A DNA stretch of 64,000 nucleotides, from the NCBI GenBank assembly GCA_021648725.1, contig JAKISF010000016.1, forward strand, positions 4,043 through 68,042, read 5' to 3'. Positions 38,801 to 47,102 of the stretch are shown piece by piece. The position numbers and the translations under genes were made by a program. Every line of letters begins with the position of its first letter. Positions within the stretch are counted from its first letter, which is position 1. The stretch is from Bacteroidales bacterium. Its GTDB lineage: Bacteria > Bacteroidota > Bacteroidia > Bacteroidales > JAADGE01. The notes below the pieces were generated by a model. The model was not told where the DNA came from. It did no database searches and saw nothing but the letters and a program-made list of their open reading frames with translations.

Positions 38801-40338
38801 TTACATATCCGGTAGGTATATACGAACCGGATTCTTTATATATTGAAAATGTTACAGCACAAGATGAATCTTGCTTATGGGCAAACGACGGCATAGTTAC
38901 AATTTATGCAACAGGCGGCTCTTGGCCCTATGAATACTCAATAGACGGAATTAATTACCAAACAAACCGAAATATTGAGAATTTACCGCCCGGAATTTAC
39001 ACAGCAGTAATTCGTGATAAGAATATGTGTCCTGCAACTGCAAATTTCACAGTTGAGGTAGGCTCTCCTAATGATGCTTCACTGTTTACTTCTGATGTTT
39101 CCGAAGGTTGCAGCCCTCTGAACGTACAATTTCAAAGACTAAACGCAGGCACAACTTATCTTTGGGAATTTGGTGACGGTGAAGTTTCAAGTTTTAATGA
39201 GCCTTCTCACACCTTTTATAATATCAGCGGAGCACCTGTTATTTACACGGTAACGGCATATTCCGTTTCTCCTAATAATTGTTTAGATACTGCTCAAATG
39301 GATATTACCGTAAATCCGCAACCTCAATTAAGTTTTACGGCTGACCCGATGATTGCGTATTATCCCGAAACAACTATTAATATTACAAACAACAGTCCGG
39401 GAATGTCAACTTACCTTTGGAACTTCGGTGACGGCAACACTTCAACAGACGAAAATCCGGGTTCGCATACTTATGATGACTGCGGAGAATACATTATCAG
39501 TATGTTTGCTGAAAATGCTTATACTTGTCAAAATACTTTTCAAGATACAATATTAATTACGGCACATCAACCGCAAGCATTTTTTCAGGTAGATACAACA
39601 CAACATTGTACACCTTTTACCTTTTATTTTGAAAATCAATCTACTTTTATTGATACTTTTGAATGGTTATTACATGACGGAACAATAAGATACGAAAATG
39701 ATTTCAGTTTATTTTTTGAAGAACCCGGAACATATACAATTCAATTAAACACATTGGGATATTGTAATACTTATGATTCTTACGATACTACAATAACTGT
39801 TTTCCAATCACCCGAAGTTGATTTTGAAGTAATTCCGGATACGGTAATGTTACCCGACCAACCTATAAGATGCTTTAATCACAGCTCTGATGACAGCGAC
39901 TCATTCTTTTGGGAATTTGGTGACGGAGGAACATCAACAGATGAAAATCCGATTTATCAATACACAAACGAAGGTTCATATTCTATTAAATTAACAGTTA
40001 TTTCCGTTAATAAATGTACTGATTCCTTAACCCTTTTAACAGAAGTTGTTGTTTTACCCGAAGGCAAAGCTCTCTTCCCTAATGCTTTTACACCTAACGG
40101 CGACGGTATAAATGATGTATTTAAACCGGCATTATACCGTTCGGTAGAAAGTTTTAAAATGGAAATATATAATCGTTGGGGAGAACTTGTTTTTTATACC
40201 GAAGATATTGAAACCGGCTGGACAGGTTATTTTGACGGCAAACTAAGCCTGCAAGATGTTTATGTTTGGCGTGCCGAAGGCATTTATTTAAACGGAACAC
40301 CGTTCATTTTTGCCGGCAGTGTTACTTTACTGCGATAA
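35803..40338 (+). CDS. SprB-repeat / PKD-domain cell-surface protein with a T9SS type-B (gliding-motility) C-terminal sorting domain
   Basis: 1511 aa with a signal peptide. It has 13 repeats of about 81 aa (C[FY]G..G.I.....GG.....YS.D.G.T......F..L.AG.Y...V.D...C) and 4 PKD-like modules (W.FGDG). The C-terminus is FPNAFTPNGDGINDVFKP...VWRAEG.... Confidence 0.88.
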   Translation: MKRLLKTFIFSLFIFSFFQGNAQFKLDSIVKTDVVRCFGDASGTITVYVSEGQTPYEYSIDGGVTYQLSNNFTGLVSGAYSVYSKDFFNQIVSDVVYIDEPVEIQIINETKTDVTGCFGDINGTITINATGGTGALQYSIDNGTTYLNNGGNFTGLSAGTYNIEIIDDSLCVKTGSAIIVGQPAELQITTETVVDVLGCNGADNGSIDILVTGGTSPIQYSIDGGTTFQAGHYFSPLPAGSYSVVVEDANNCTTNGSTLTVNEPAVVSIDSESHTNITGCFGEHTGTITITASGGTGLLYYAIDGGVVFQNNGNFSNLYAGTYNVVVKDENGCSVAGSEIIITEPDEIIIDSESATDITTCFGDATGGITINAHGGSSTLEYSVDLGTTWQASNVFNTLTAGLYTTMVRDAVETTCQVTGQSHTVLQPLELLITEVSTTDVSTCFGGNDGTIHITTNGGGTPAYQFSTDGGATYPHGNDIINLSAGIYDIVVIDSHNCTDTFTTNIVEISEPTPVVITNEVLTDPTCFGGNNGSIEVTASGGTGQLQYSPNGGANFYYGNTLFGLSAGITYDIVVMDDHGCTTIGGSYVLGQPSELIINSIVKQDVSECYGGTNGSIIINAVGGTVPINYSVDNEITYQLSNTFNGLIAGSYHVVVKDNNNCKTDGGTIEILQPEPLLFVSETHEDVTGCRGNNNGAIHITMTGGTPHATNGYKYSINGSVAAYGTGNFINLLAGDYNIIVTDEYDCPVNVNTITINEPEELIPAFVSQQNINCYGDATGNISISASGGQFPYQYSSDNGITYQNNSFFSGLTAGTYQTYVKDAYNCVRIGPEVILTQPDTLEITSVTYTDVIGCNGNNNGTITVSATGGVPGYMYTIDMGSSWYANGGVFTNLSPGDYFVKIYDTNFCEASFVDVNMDIDTIHITEPSKIQLDSINKTDILCYGDNNGTIDIYASGGTGTLSYSIDNGTTYPNTTGNFINLPAANYIVKVVDANNCPTITYPVGIYEPDSLYIENVTAQDESCLWANDGIVTIYATGGSWPYEYSIDGINYQTNRNIENLPPGIYTAVIRDKNMCPATANFTVEVGSPNDASLFTSDVSEGCSPLNVQFQRLNAGTTYLWEFGDGEVSSFNEPSHTFYNISGAPVIYTVTAYSVSPNNCLDTAQMDITVNPQPQLSFTADPMIAYYPETTINITNNSPGMSTYLWNFGDGNTSTDENPGSHTYDDCGEYIISMFAENAYTCQNTFQDTILITAHQPQAFFQVDTTQHCTPFTFYFENQSTFIDTFEWLLHDGTIRYENDFSLFFEEPGTYTIQLNTLGYCNTYDSYDTTITVFQSPEVDFEVIPDTVMLPDQPIRCFNHSSDDSDSFFWEFGDGGTSTDENPIYQYTNEGSYSIKLTVISVNKCTDSLTLLTEVVVLPEGKALFPNAFTPNGDGINDVFKPALYRSVESFKMEIYNRWGELVFYTEDIETGWTGYFDGKLSLQDVYVWRAEGIYLNGTPFIFAGSVTLLR
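35872..39060 (+). repeat. 13 tandem SprB-type coding repeats (period about 243 nt)
   Basis: The element TG(T/C)TTCGGAG recurs at about 35911, 36151, 36641, 36884, 37131 and 37381, with related variants between and beyond these positions. The repeats are diverged and in frame. Confidence 0.8.
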
Positions 40339-40387
40339 ACATTGTAGTAATTATTAAGCATTACTAAAAGTTGGGTTTATACCTCAA

Positions 40388-42514
40388 CTATTCCTCATTC
40401 AACACATCAAAAATAAAAGAATAAATTAATGCTGTTTCTTTATATGTTTTAAATCTTCCGGACATTCCGCTGTGCCCGGCTTCCATATTAGTAAAAAGGT
40501 AAATAGGATTATCGCTTGTGTTATATTCTCTTAATTTTGCAACCCATTTTGCAGGTTCCCAATATTGAACCTGCGAATCGTGCAATCCTGCCGTAACAAA
40601 CATTGCAGGATAATTTTGTTTTGCAACTTGGTCATAGGGCGAATACGACAACATATAATCATAATATTCTTTTTCGTCAGGGTTTCCCCATTCGTCATAT
40701 TCCCCTGTTGTTAAAGGAATTGATTCATCAAGCATAGTAGTAATTACATCAACAAAAGGAACTTCCGAAATAATTCCTGCATATAAATCAGGTCGCATAT
40801 TTGAAACTGCACCGGTTAATAAACCTCCGGCACTTCCGCCCATTGCAAAAGTATTTTCCGGTTTTGAATATCCTTCTTTATGTAAAAATTCGGTGCAAGT
40901 AATAAAATCGGTAAATGTATTTTTTTTATGAAGCAATTTCCCGTCTTCATACCATTTTCTGCCGAGCTCCTGCCCTCCCCTTACATGTGCAATTGCAAAA
41001 ATAAAACCTCGGTCTAACAAACTCAAAACTGATGAGTGAAAACTTGCATCCATACTGTAACCATAAGAACCGTAAGCATATATAAGCAACGGATTTCCCC
41101 CGTTTAATTTAATGCCCTTTTTATAAACAACAGACAAAGGAATTTTCTTTCCGTCATTTGCTTTTGCAAACAATCTTTTTGCTTCATAATTATCCTTTGA
41201 AAACTTTTTACCTGCAAACTTTTCTTTAAGCAAAGTTTTTTGTTTTGTTTTCATATTATAATCAAAATAAGAATTAGGTGTTGTTAATGAACTGTATCCG
41301 TATCTTAATATTTCGGTATCATACTCGGCATTATCAGAAATCCAAATTTCATAAACTTCTTCTCCGCAATCAAGAATATGGTCAGTTTTGTTTTTCAAGT
41401 CAATAATTCTTAAATATATAAGACCGTTTTTCCTTTCGTTAATTACAATATAGTTTTTAAAAACTTCAAAATCTTCAATAAAAACATCAGGGTTGTAAGG
41501 TACAACTTCTTTCCAATTTTCAGGCTCAGGATTTTCAAAGTTTGTTTTTACAATTTTAAAATTTGTTGCTCCTCCGAAATTCGTTAAAATATACAATTCA
41601 TTTTCATGTGTTTCAACAGAGTATTCATGCTTATCTTCTCTGGGAGTAATTACTTTAAATTCATCATTCGGGTTATCGGCATTAATATATCTGCATTCGG
41701 AAGAAATTGTACTGCCGGCTTCAAGCAATATGTATTCATCTGATTTACTTTTAGATACAGATATATAAAATGAATCATCTTCTTCCTCGTAAATTAGGAC
41801 ATCATCTTCTTCCGAAGTTCCCAAAACATGTTTCCAAAGTTGAAATTCTCTTAAAGTTTCTTCATCTTTCTTAATATAGAAAACAGTTTTATTGTCGGAT
41901 GCCCATTCGGCTTCTCCGTCAGTATTTTTAATAATGTCTTTGTAATCTTCGCCGGTTTCCAAATTTTTAAACCTGATTTCGTATTTTCGCCGCCCGACCG
42001 TATCAACACTGTATGCTAATATTTTATTATTTTGGCTTACGGCATAATCAGTAACATAGTAATACGGAAAACCTAATGATAATTTATTTACGTCCAGCAA
42101 AATTTCTTCATCATTATCAAGATTCTTTTTTTTTCTGCAATAAATGGGGTGTTCTTTCTGAGCTTCGTATCTTACGTAATAAAAATAAGCATTATCAAAA
42201 TAAGGAACAGAACTGTCTTTTGCTTTTATTCTGCTGACAATTTCGTCAAAAATAACTTCTTGTAAAGAATCGGTATGTTCTAATTTATATTTTAAATAAT
42301 TATTTTCTGCTTTAAGATATTCTATAACTTTCGGGTTTTCTCTTTCATTTAACCAATAATAATTATCAATTCTGGTATCTCCGTGAATGCTTAATTCTTT
42401 TTTTATTTTTTCAGCAACGGGTGCAATAATTTCTTCGTTAACTTTACACGAACTTGTCATCATAATTTCTAAACTTAATAAAATAATAATCGTAAAGTAC
42501 AGCAGTCTTTTCAT
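40388..42514 (-). CDS. ptrB: Oligopeptidase B / protease II (S9A)
   Basis: Catalytic Ser in GGSAGGLL, Asp in GLHDSQV and His in EAGHSG. The ORF-track start at 42544 is TTG and overlaps a -7 box. The ATG at 42514 gives the signal peptide MKRLLYFTIIILL..SSC. Confidence 0.88.
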   Translation of the reverse strand: MKRLLYFTIIILLSLEIMMTSSCKVNEEIIAPVAEKIKKELSIHGDTRIDNYYWLNERENPKVIEYLKAENNYLKYKLEHTDSLQEVIFDEIVSRIKAKDSSVPYFDNAYFYYVRYEAQKEHPIYCRKKKNLDNDEEILLDVNKLSLGFPYYYVTDYAVSQNNKILAYSVDTVGRRKYEIRFKNLETGEDYKDIIKNTDGEAEWASDNKTVFYIKKDEETLREFQLWKHVLGTSEEDDVLIYEEEDDSFYISVSKSKSDEYILLEAGSTISSECRYINADNPNDEFKVITPREDKHEYSVETHENELYILTNFGGATNFKIVKTNFENPEPENWKEVVPYNPDVFIEDFEVFKNYIVINERKNGLIYLRIIDLKNKTDHILDCGEEVYEIWISDNAEYDTEILRYGYSSLTTPNSYFDYNMKTKQKTLLKEKFAGKKFSKDNYEAKRLFAKANDGKKIPLSVVYKKGIKLNGGNPLLIYAYGSYGYSMDASFHSSVLSLLDRGFIFAIAHVRGGQELGRKWYEDGKLLHKKNTFTDFITCTEFLHKEGYSKPENTFAMGGSAGGLLTGAVSNMRPDLYAGIISEVPFVDVITTMLDESIPLTTGEYDEWGNPDEKEYYDYMLSYSPYDQVAKQNYPAMFVTAGLHDSQVQYWEPAKWVAKLREYNTSDNPIYLFTNMEAGHSGMSGRFKTYKETALIYSFIFDVLNEE

Positions 42515-42541
42515 CCTATATTTTTTACATTTTAAGGCTTG

Positions 42542-42549
42542 CAAAAATA
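42542..42549 (-). promoter_or_regulatory. -7 box (TAnnTTTG) upstream of oligopeptidase B
   Basis: The plus strand reads caaaaata, giving TATTTTTG on the minus strand, 27 nt upstream of the ATG at 42514. Confidence 0.45.
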
Positions 42550-42983
42550 GATTATTTTATTTAATAATTCCTATTTATATTTACAACAATAAATATTTAA
42601 TAACTTATTCATCGTGAAAACTAATATTTTTCTGTTACATTCTTAATTTTAAACTTGATTTCACAAGGACAAGAAAATAAAACTAAGGAAATAAGAAAGC
42701 GTTATTATCAAATTGAAGAAAATAAAGAAGATTTTAATGTACATAAAGTTGAATTGAATTATATGCTTCCGGCTTGTCGGTCCGAAAACGAAAGTTATCA
42801 GAAGCGTTTTTATTTTGATAATGAGATACTGATAAAATATATTTATAAAAAACCGGGTGCTGATACAGACAAGAATATAAATATTTCAAAAGTGGAAAAA
42901 TTCTCAAAAAAGGAATTAAAAATCTGAGAAATATCAACTTTACTTTACATAGACAGAAACATTGGATATTATTGGTTGATGCT

Positions 42984-43706
42984 TTATCTGAGTTTAAAAT
43001 TTTTGCCGAGGTATTTTTCGCGAACTTCCGGGTTTGAAGCCAAATCATAGGCTGTTCCTGATTCTAAAATACGCCCTTCGTATAATAAATAGGCTCTGTC
43101 GGTAATATTTAAAGTTTCATGAACATTATGGTCAGTTATTAAAACCCCGATGTTCTTTTCTTTCAGTTTTTTTATGATACTTTGAATATCTTCAACAGCT
43201 ATCGGGTCAACACCGGCAAAAGGCTCATCCAAAAGAATAAATGCAGGATCTATTGCCAATGCTCTTGCTATTTCTGTTCGTCTTCTTTCTCCGCCCGAAA
43301 GTTGAATGCCTTTACTTTTTCGTATATGTGATAATCCGAATTCTTCAATTAATTTCTCAGTTTTCATATATTGTTCTTTTTTAGACATATTCGTCATTTC
43401 AAGAACACTTTTAATATTATTTTCTACAGATAATTTCCTAAAAACAGATGCTTCTTGCGGCAAATAACCTATTCCCATTTTTGCACGTTTATACATAGGC
43501 AATTTTGTTATATCATTATTGTCAAGATAAACACTGCCTCCGTTTGGTCTTATAAAACCGACAATCATATAAAAAGTAGTTGTTTTCCCGGCACCGTTAG
43601 GTCCTAATAATCCGACAATTTCACCTTTATTAACTTCTACCGAAATTCCTTTTACAACTGTTCTGCTTCCGTATTTTTTAATTACTTTATCTGTATATAG
43701 TTTCAT
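42984..43706 (-). CDS. lptB: LPS export ABC transporter ATP-binding protein
   Basis: [31 protein letters not shown] and [12 protein letters not shown] match LptB closely. The start at MKLYTDKV (43706) aligns with E. coli LptB as I recall it. An upstream in-frame ATG at 43754 is an alternative start. Confidence 0.88.
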   Translation of the reverse strand: MKLYTDKVIKKYGSRTVVKGISVEVNKGEIVGLLGPNGAGKTTTFYMIVGFIRPNGGSVYLDNNDITKLPMYKRAKMGIGYLPQEASVFRKLSVENNIKSVLEMTNMSKKEQYMKTEKLIEEFGLSHIRKSKGIQLSGGERRRTEIARALAIDPAFILLDEPFAGVDPIAVEDIQSIIKKLKEKNIGVLITDHNVHETLNITDRAYLLYEGRILESGTAYDLASNPEVREKYLGKNFKLR

Positions 43707-43837
43707 TCCGGTTCTGTTAGTTATTTGTTTCCGAAGCATAAAATTATCAAACATTTAATTAACTGCAATTTTTACTGCTGTTTTTAACAATTTTTACGAT
43801 TTAAATATCTTATTTTGCAAAACATTTTATTGAAATT

Positions 43838-44668
43838 ATGGCATGCACAGCTGATTTTTTTATTATTAATGATATGGTTTTCCCGACAAAGAAGTTTAAC
43901 ATTTCAGAACTGGAAAAAGGGATTACTATTTACGAAGTTGTTAAAATTATTGAGGCAACTCCGTTATTTATAGAAGATCATATTATCAGACTATTTGAAT
44001 CTGCAAAAATTAAAAAACTTAAAATTTGGTTAAAAAAAGAAAATATAATTAAACAAGTTCTTAAATTAATTGAAATTAATAAAATTAAAAGGGGACGTTT
44101 AAAATTTGCCTTACGGTTTCATGAATCAGAAAATATTCTTATCTGCTTTTTTTTGCAAGATATTGAACCTGATAATATAACTTATAAAAAAGGTGTAAAA
44201 CTTATTTCGAAAAAGGCAGAAAGAGAAAATCCGAATGCAAAAGTAATTAACTATAAATTGAGGAAGTCAGTAAAATCCCGAATGAAAAAAGAAAATGCTT
44301 TTGAAACGCTTCTTATTTCAAAATCCGGCAAAATTACAGAATGTAGTAAATCAAATATCTTTTTTATAAAGGATAACTATTTATACACGCCAAAATCAAA
44401 AGATATTTTAAAAGGAATTACACGAGAACACATTTTTAATATTTGCAAAGAAAATAATATTAAAATTATTGAAACCGATTTATATCAAAATGATATTAAA
44501 AAATATGATTCTGTATTTATTACGGGGACTTCTGTAGGTGTTTTGACAGTTAATCAAATTGATAATCATATTTTCTCAAAAGAAAATGAACTTTTACAAC
44601 AAATTTCAAAATTGTATTTCAGTATTGTTAAAACTTATACTAAAAACTTGCTTTCAACGAAAAAATAA
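43838..44668 (+). CDS. Class IV aminotransferase family protein (branched-chain aminotransferase / aminodeoxychorismate lyase-like)
   Basis: 276 aa. Fold-type IV patterns IYEVVKI..PLFIEDHIIRL and ECSKSNIFFIKD..LYTP....ILKGITRE. Confidence 0.72.
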   Translation: MACTADFFIINDMVFPTKKFNISELEKGITIYEVVKIIEATPLFIEDHIIRLFESAKIKKLKIWLKKENIIKQVLKLIEINKIKRGRLKFALRFHESENILICFFLQDIEPDNITYKKGVKLISKKAERENPNAKVINYKLRKSVKSRMKKENAFETLLISKSGKITECSKSNIFFIKDNYLYTPKSKDILKGITREHIFNICKENNIKIIETDLYQNDIKKYDSVFITGTSVGVLTVNQIDNHIFSKENELLQQISKLYFSIVKTYTKNLLSTKK

Positions 44669-47045
44669 AATTTCGCCCGGGTGCAACAATTCCTGATGAA
44701 TAAGGGCGGTAACGCATATTAAATATATTTTCTACTCCTGCTTTTAAACTGAATACTTTGTTAATTTTAAAGAGTGTATTTAAATTAATTGTGTACCAAG
44801 AAGGAGAAAAGGGGTTTCCGTTTAAATCGGATGCATAAATATGCGGTTTATCAACTTCTGATTCTGCTAAGTTTTCAAAAGAAATCTCGGCATTGTATTC
44901 TGCAAATAAATCAGCCTTAAACTTTTCTGTTTTAAATAACAGATGAGTTGTTCCGAAAGAAGGAGCTACATGCCTTAAAGGCATATTTTCAGAATCATAA
45001 CCTCGTGTATAATTATAATTTGAACTTACGCTCAGTTTGTCAAGCAATTCGGCAAAAAATGCAATTTGAAATCCGTAAATCACGGCATTATCTGCATTTA
45101 CAATTGCTTGCACCTTACTTAATTCTCCGTCATACATTATAGAATCAGCACCGTTAAAAGTAAAATCTTTTCTAATCAGAGCATCATCCAAAAATGTATA
45201 AAAAACAGCTGCATCAACTTTAATCTTTTTATTAATTAATTTTACAATTCCGATATCTGTGTTATAAGCAAACTCAGGAGTTAATTCTGAATTAGGAACT
45301 ACTACACTTCCGGGTTCCGAATCGAATACTTTTGCCATATCATCAATATTCGGTGCTCTGAAACCGCTTGACACATTAAAGCTGAACTGCCATGTTTCAG
45401 GTCTGTAAACCAAACCGAAGCTTCCGTTTAATGCTCCCGTATTGAAATCTATATTTTGAAAGGGAAAATCAAAAAACATTGTATCTAATTCGGCAAAAGC
45501 ATAAACTCTGTTATATCTTAATCCTGTATTCAATGTAAAAATATCCGATAAATTATTTTTGTATGAAATATATGCGGCAAAAGTTGAATAATCTGAATTA
45601 TCCGGATATCTGCTCGAAGTTAATCTCTCTGATAAATCATTAACATTCAACTTAATACCTGATGAATAAATTTTATTAGTTACGGCTTCTGCTCCGTAAA
45701 ACAGGAAAGAATTTTGCTTTATTTCTTTTTCAAAATCCAAATTTACCGAATATGCTTTTACATTTTCATATCTTTTTCGTATTTCATCTTTTCCGAATTT
45801 TCTGTCATGCCGACTTTCTTTAAAATCTTGATATGCAAAAATTAGTTTAGATTCCGAAAAAAGTTTTGTTTCTCGAGAATGAAAAAAAGAGATATTATTC
45901 ATCATCCATTCTTGCGGACCGTAATACCATTGTGCATATTTCAATTGATTGCCGCTGTATTGAATAAGCCTGTCATAACGAGGGATATCGGAAGTTTTTG
46001 AATAGTAAAACCCGTAATTAATGTCCAAATATTTATTAGGTTTAAATCGCAACTTTTGCAGAACATTTAATTGCTTATATCCGGAATATTTTTGAATATT
46101 CTTATTTGAATTTGTTATAACTATATCCTGTCCGTTAATAATATCAACATATTCAGGTCTTGTATATGACTCATTTCCGATATTGCCCATTATTAAGTCA
46201 TCAAAATCACTGTATGAAAGAGACGTAACGGATGAAAATCTTTTTTTACTTACGGAAAAATCTAAATGACCTGTTTTTTCTGTATTTGCCGAAGAAAAAC
46301 GAAACATTGTATTTCCTGCAAATTTCGTTTTTTCTGAGGTTGTATATTTAGCCCTCAAACTATGAAAATCCATGACTCCTCCTAATGCATCACTTCCGTA
46401 CACAACTGAACCGGGACCAAAAATAATTTCCGAGTTTTCAATGCTGTTTGCATCAATTGATATTACATTTTGCAAATTTCCGCTTCTGAAAATTGCATTG
46501 TTCATTCTTACGCCGTCAACTACTATTAAAACTCGGTTTGCAGAAAAACCTCTTATCATAGGGCTTCCTCCTCCGAGTTGGCTTTTTTGAATAAATACTT
46601 CACCTGATAATTTTAGTAAATCAGCAGATGTTTGGGCATTATTCAGTGCTATTTTATTTTTTGAAATTATATTTATTCGATTCGGAACTTCATTCTTATT
46701 TTGTTCCCAATGACTTGCAGAAATTACTACTTCATTAATATTTAAGACACTCTGTTCTAAAACAACCATATAATCTGTTTCTTTTAAGTTTTTGAATGTC
46801 AGGTATTTTTCTTCATAGAAATCATGTTTAAAAAGAATTTTCTCATCTTTCTTAAATTCGCTTAAATCTGCGACACCTTCAGAATTTGTAAAAACTGTTT
46901 TCGAATTATTAAATATCAACACATTTTCAATTGGTTGCGAATTTGTTTCATCTATTACTTTTACTTTTTGTGAAAATGTTGCAGAAGCAAAAAGTAAAAT
47001 AAATAAAAATATTGATACTGTTCTCATTTCAGATTGTATTGACAT
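44640..47045 (-). CDS. TonB-dependent receptor with CarboxypepD_reg-like N-terminal domain
   Basis: Plug and barrel regions, GFRAPNIDD motif, and terminal ..LKASF. The ORF-track GTG start at 47078 lies inside the rho terminator hairpin. The ATG at 47045 (or 47027, MRTVSIFLFILLFASATFSQ) is the likely start. Confidence 0.85.
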   Translation of the reverse strand: MSIQSEMRTVSIFLFILLFASATFSQKVKVIDETNSQPIENVLIFNNSKTVFTNSEGVADLSEFKKDEKILFKHDFYEEKYLTFKNLKETDYMVVLEQSVLNINEVVISASHWEQNKNEVPNRINIISKNKIALNNAQTSADLLKLSGEVFIQKSQLGGGSPMIRGFSANRVLIVVDGVRMNNAIFRSGNLQNVISIDANSIENSEIIFGPGSVVYGSDALGGVMDFHSLRAKYTTSEKTKFAGNTMFRFSSANTEKTGHLDFSVSKKRFSSVTSLSYSDFDDLIMGNIGNESYTRPEYVDIINGQDIVITNSNKNIQKYSGYKQLNVLQKLRFKPNKYLDINYGFYYSKTSDIPRYDRLIQYSGNQLKYAQWYYGPQEWMMNNISFFHSRETKLFSESKLIFAYQDFKESRHDRKFGKDEIRKRYENVKAYSVNLDFEKEIKQNSFLFYGAEAVTNKIYSSGIKLNVNDLSERLTSSRYPDNSDYSTFAAYISYKNNLSDIFTLNTGLRYNRVYAFAELDTMFFDFPFQNIDFNTGALNGSFGLVYRPETWQFSFNVSSGFRAPNIDDMAKVFDSEPGSVVVPNSELTPEFAYNTDIGIVKLINKKIKVDAAVFYTFLDDALIRKDFTFNGADSIMYDGELSKVQAIVNADNAVIYGFQIAFFAELLDKLSVSSNYNYTRGYDSENMPLRHVAPSFGTTHLLFKTEKFKADLFAEYNAEISFENLAESEVDKPHIYASDLNGNPFSPSWYTINLNTLFKINKVFSLKAGVENIFNMRYRPYSSGIVAPGRNFIFSLKASF

Positions 47046-47080
47046 AAAAAAAGTGCGTTTAATTTTTTTAAAACGCACTT
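47045..47080 (-). terminator. Rho-independent terminator after rho
   Basis: Minus-strand RNA forms an AAGUGCGUUU / AAACGCACUU 10-bp stem with a 10-nt loop, followed by a U-run. Confidence 0.65.
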
Positions 47081-47102
47081 ATGAATACAAAAATTAAGCC
47101 TT

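Noticed and set aside
35872-39060. About 243-nt periodicity that could superficially suggest a CRISPR or satellite array
   Set aside because: The repeats are diverged, in frame and protein-coding (SprB-type domains). There is no short identical direct repeat with unique spacers.
36210-39556. Several short ORFs on both strands inside the SprB-repeat gene
   Set aside because: They are embedded in a continuous 1511-codon frame with clear repeat, PKD and CTD structure. Stop-poor alternative frames are expected in this G/T/N-rich coding repeat.
40345-40366. 7-bp AT-only hairpin (tagtaat..attacta) between the SprB-repeat gene and oligopeptidase B
   Set aside because: It is very weak, with no G-C pairs, and it is not followed by a T-run on either strand. 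I did not call it a terminator.
42655-43048. 90-aa (+, TTG start) and 104-aa (-) ORFs between lptB and the oligopeptidase B gene
   Set aside because: They overlap each other on opposite strands, and the minus-strand one also overlaps the lptB 3' end. Both are low-complexity and AT-driven, and neither has a -7 box or a recognisable domain. I kept the region only as an unexplained gap.
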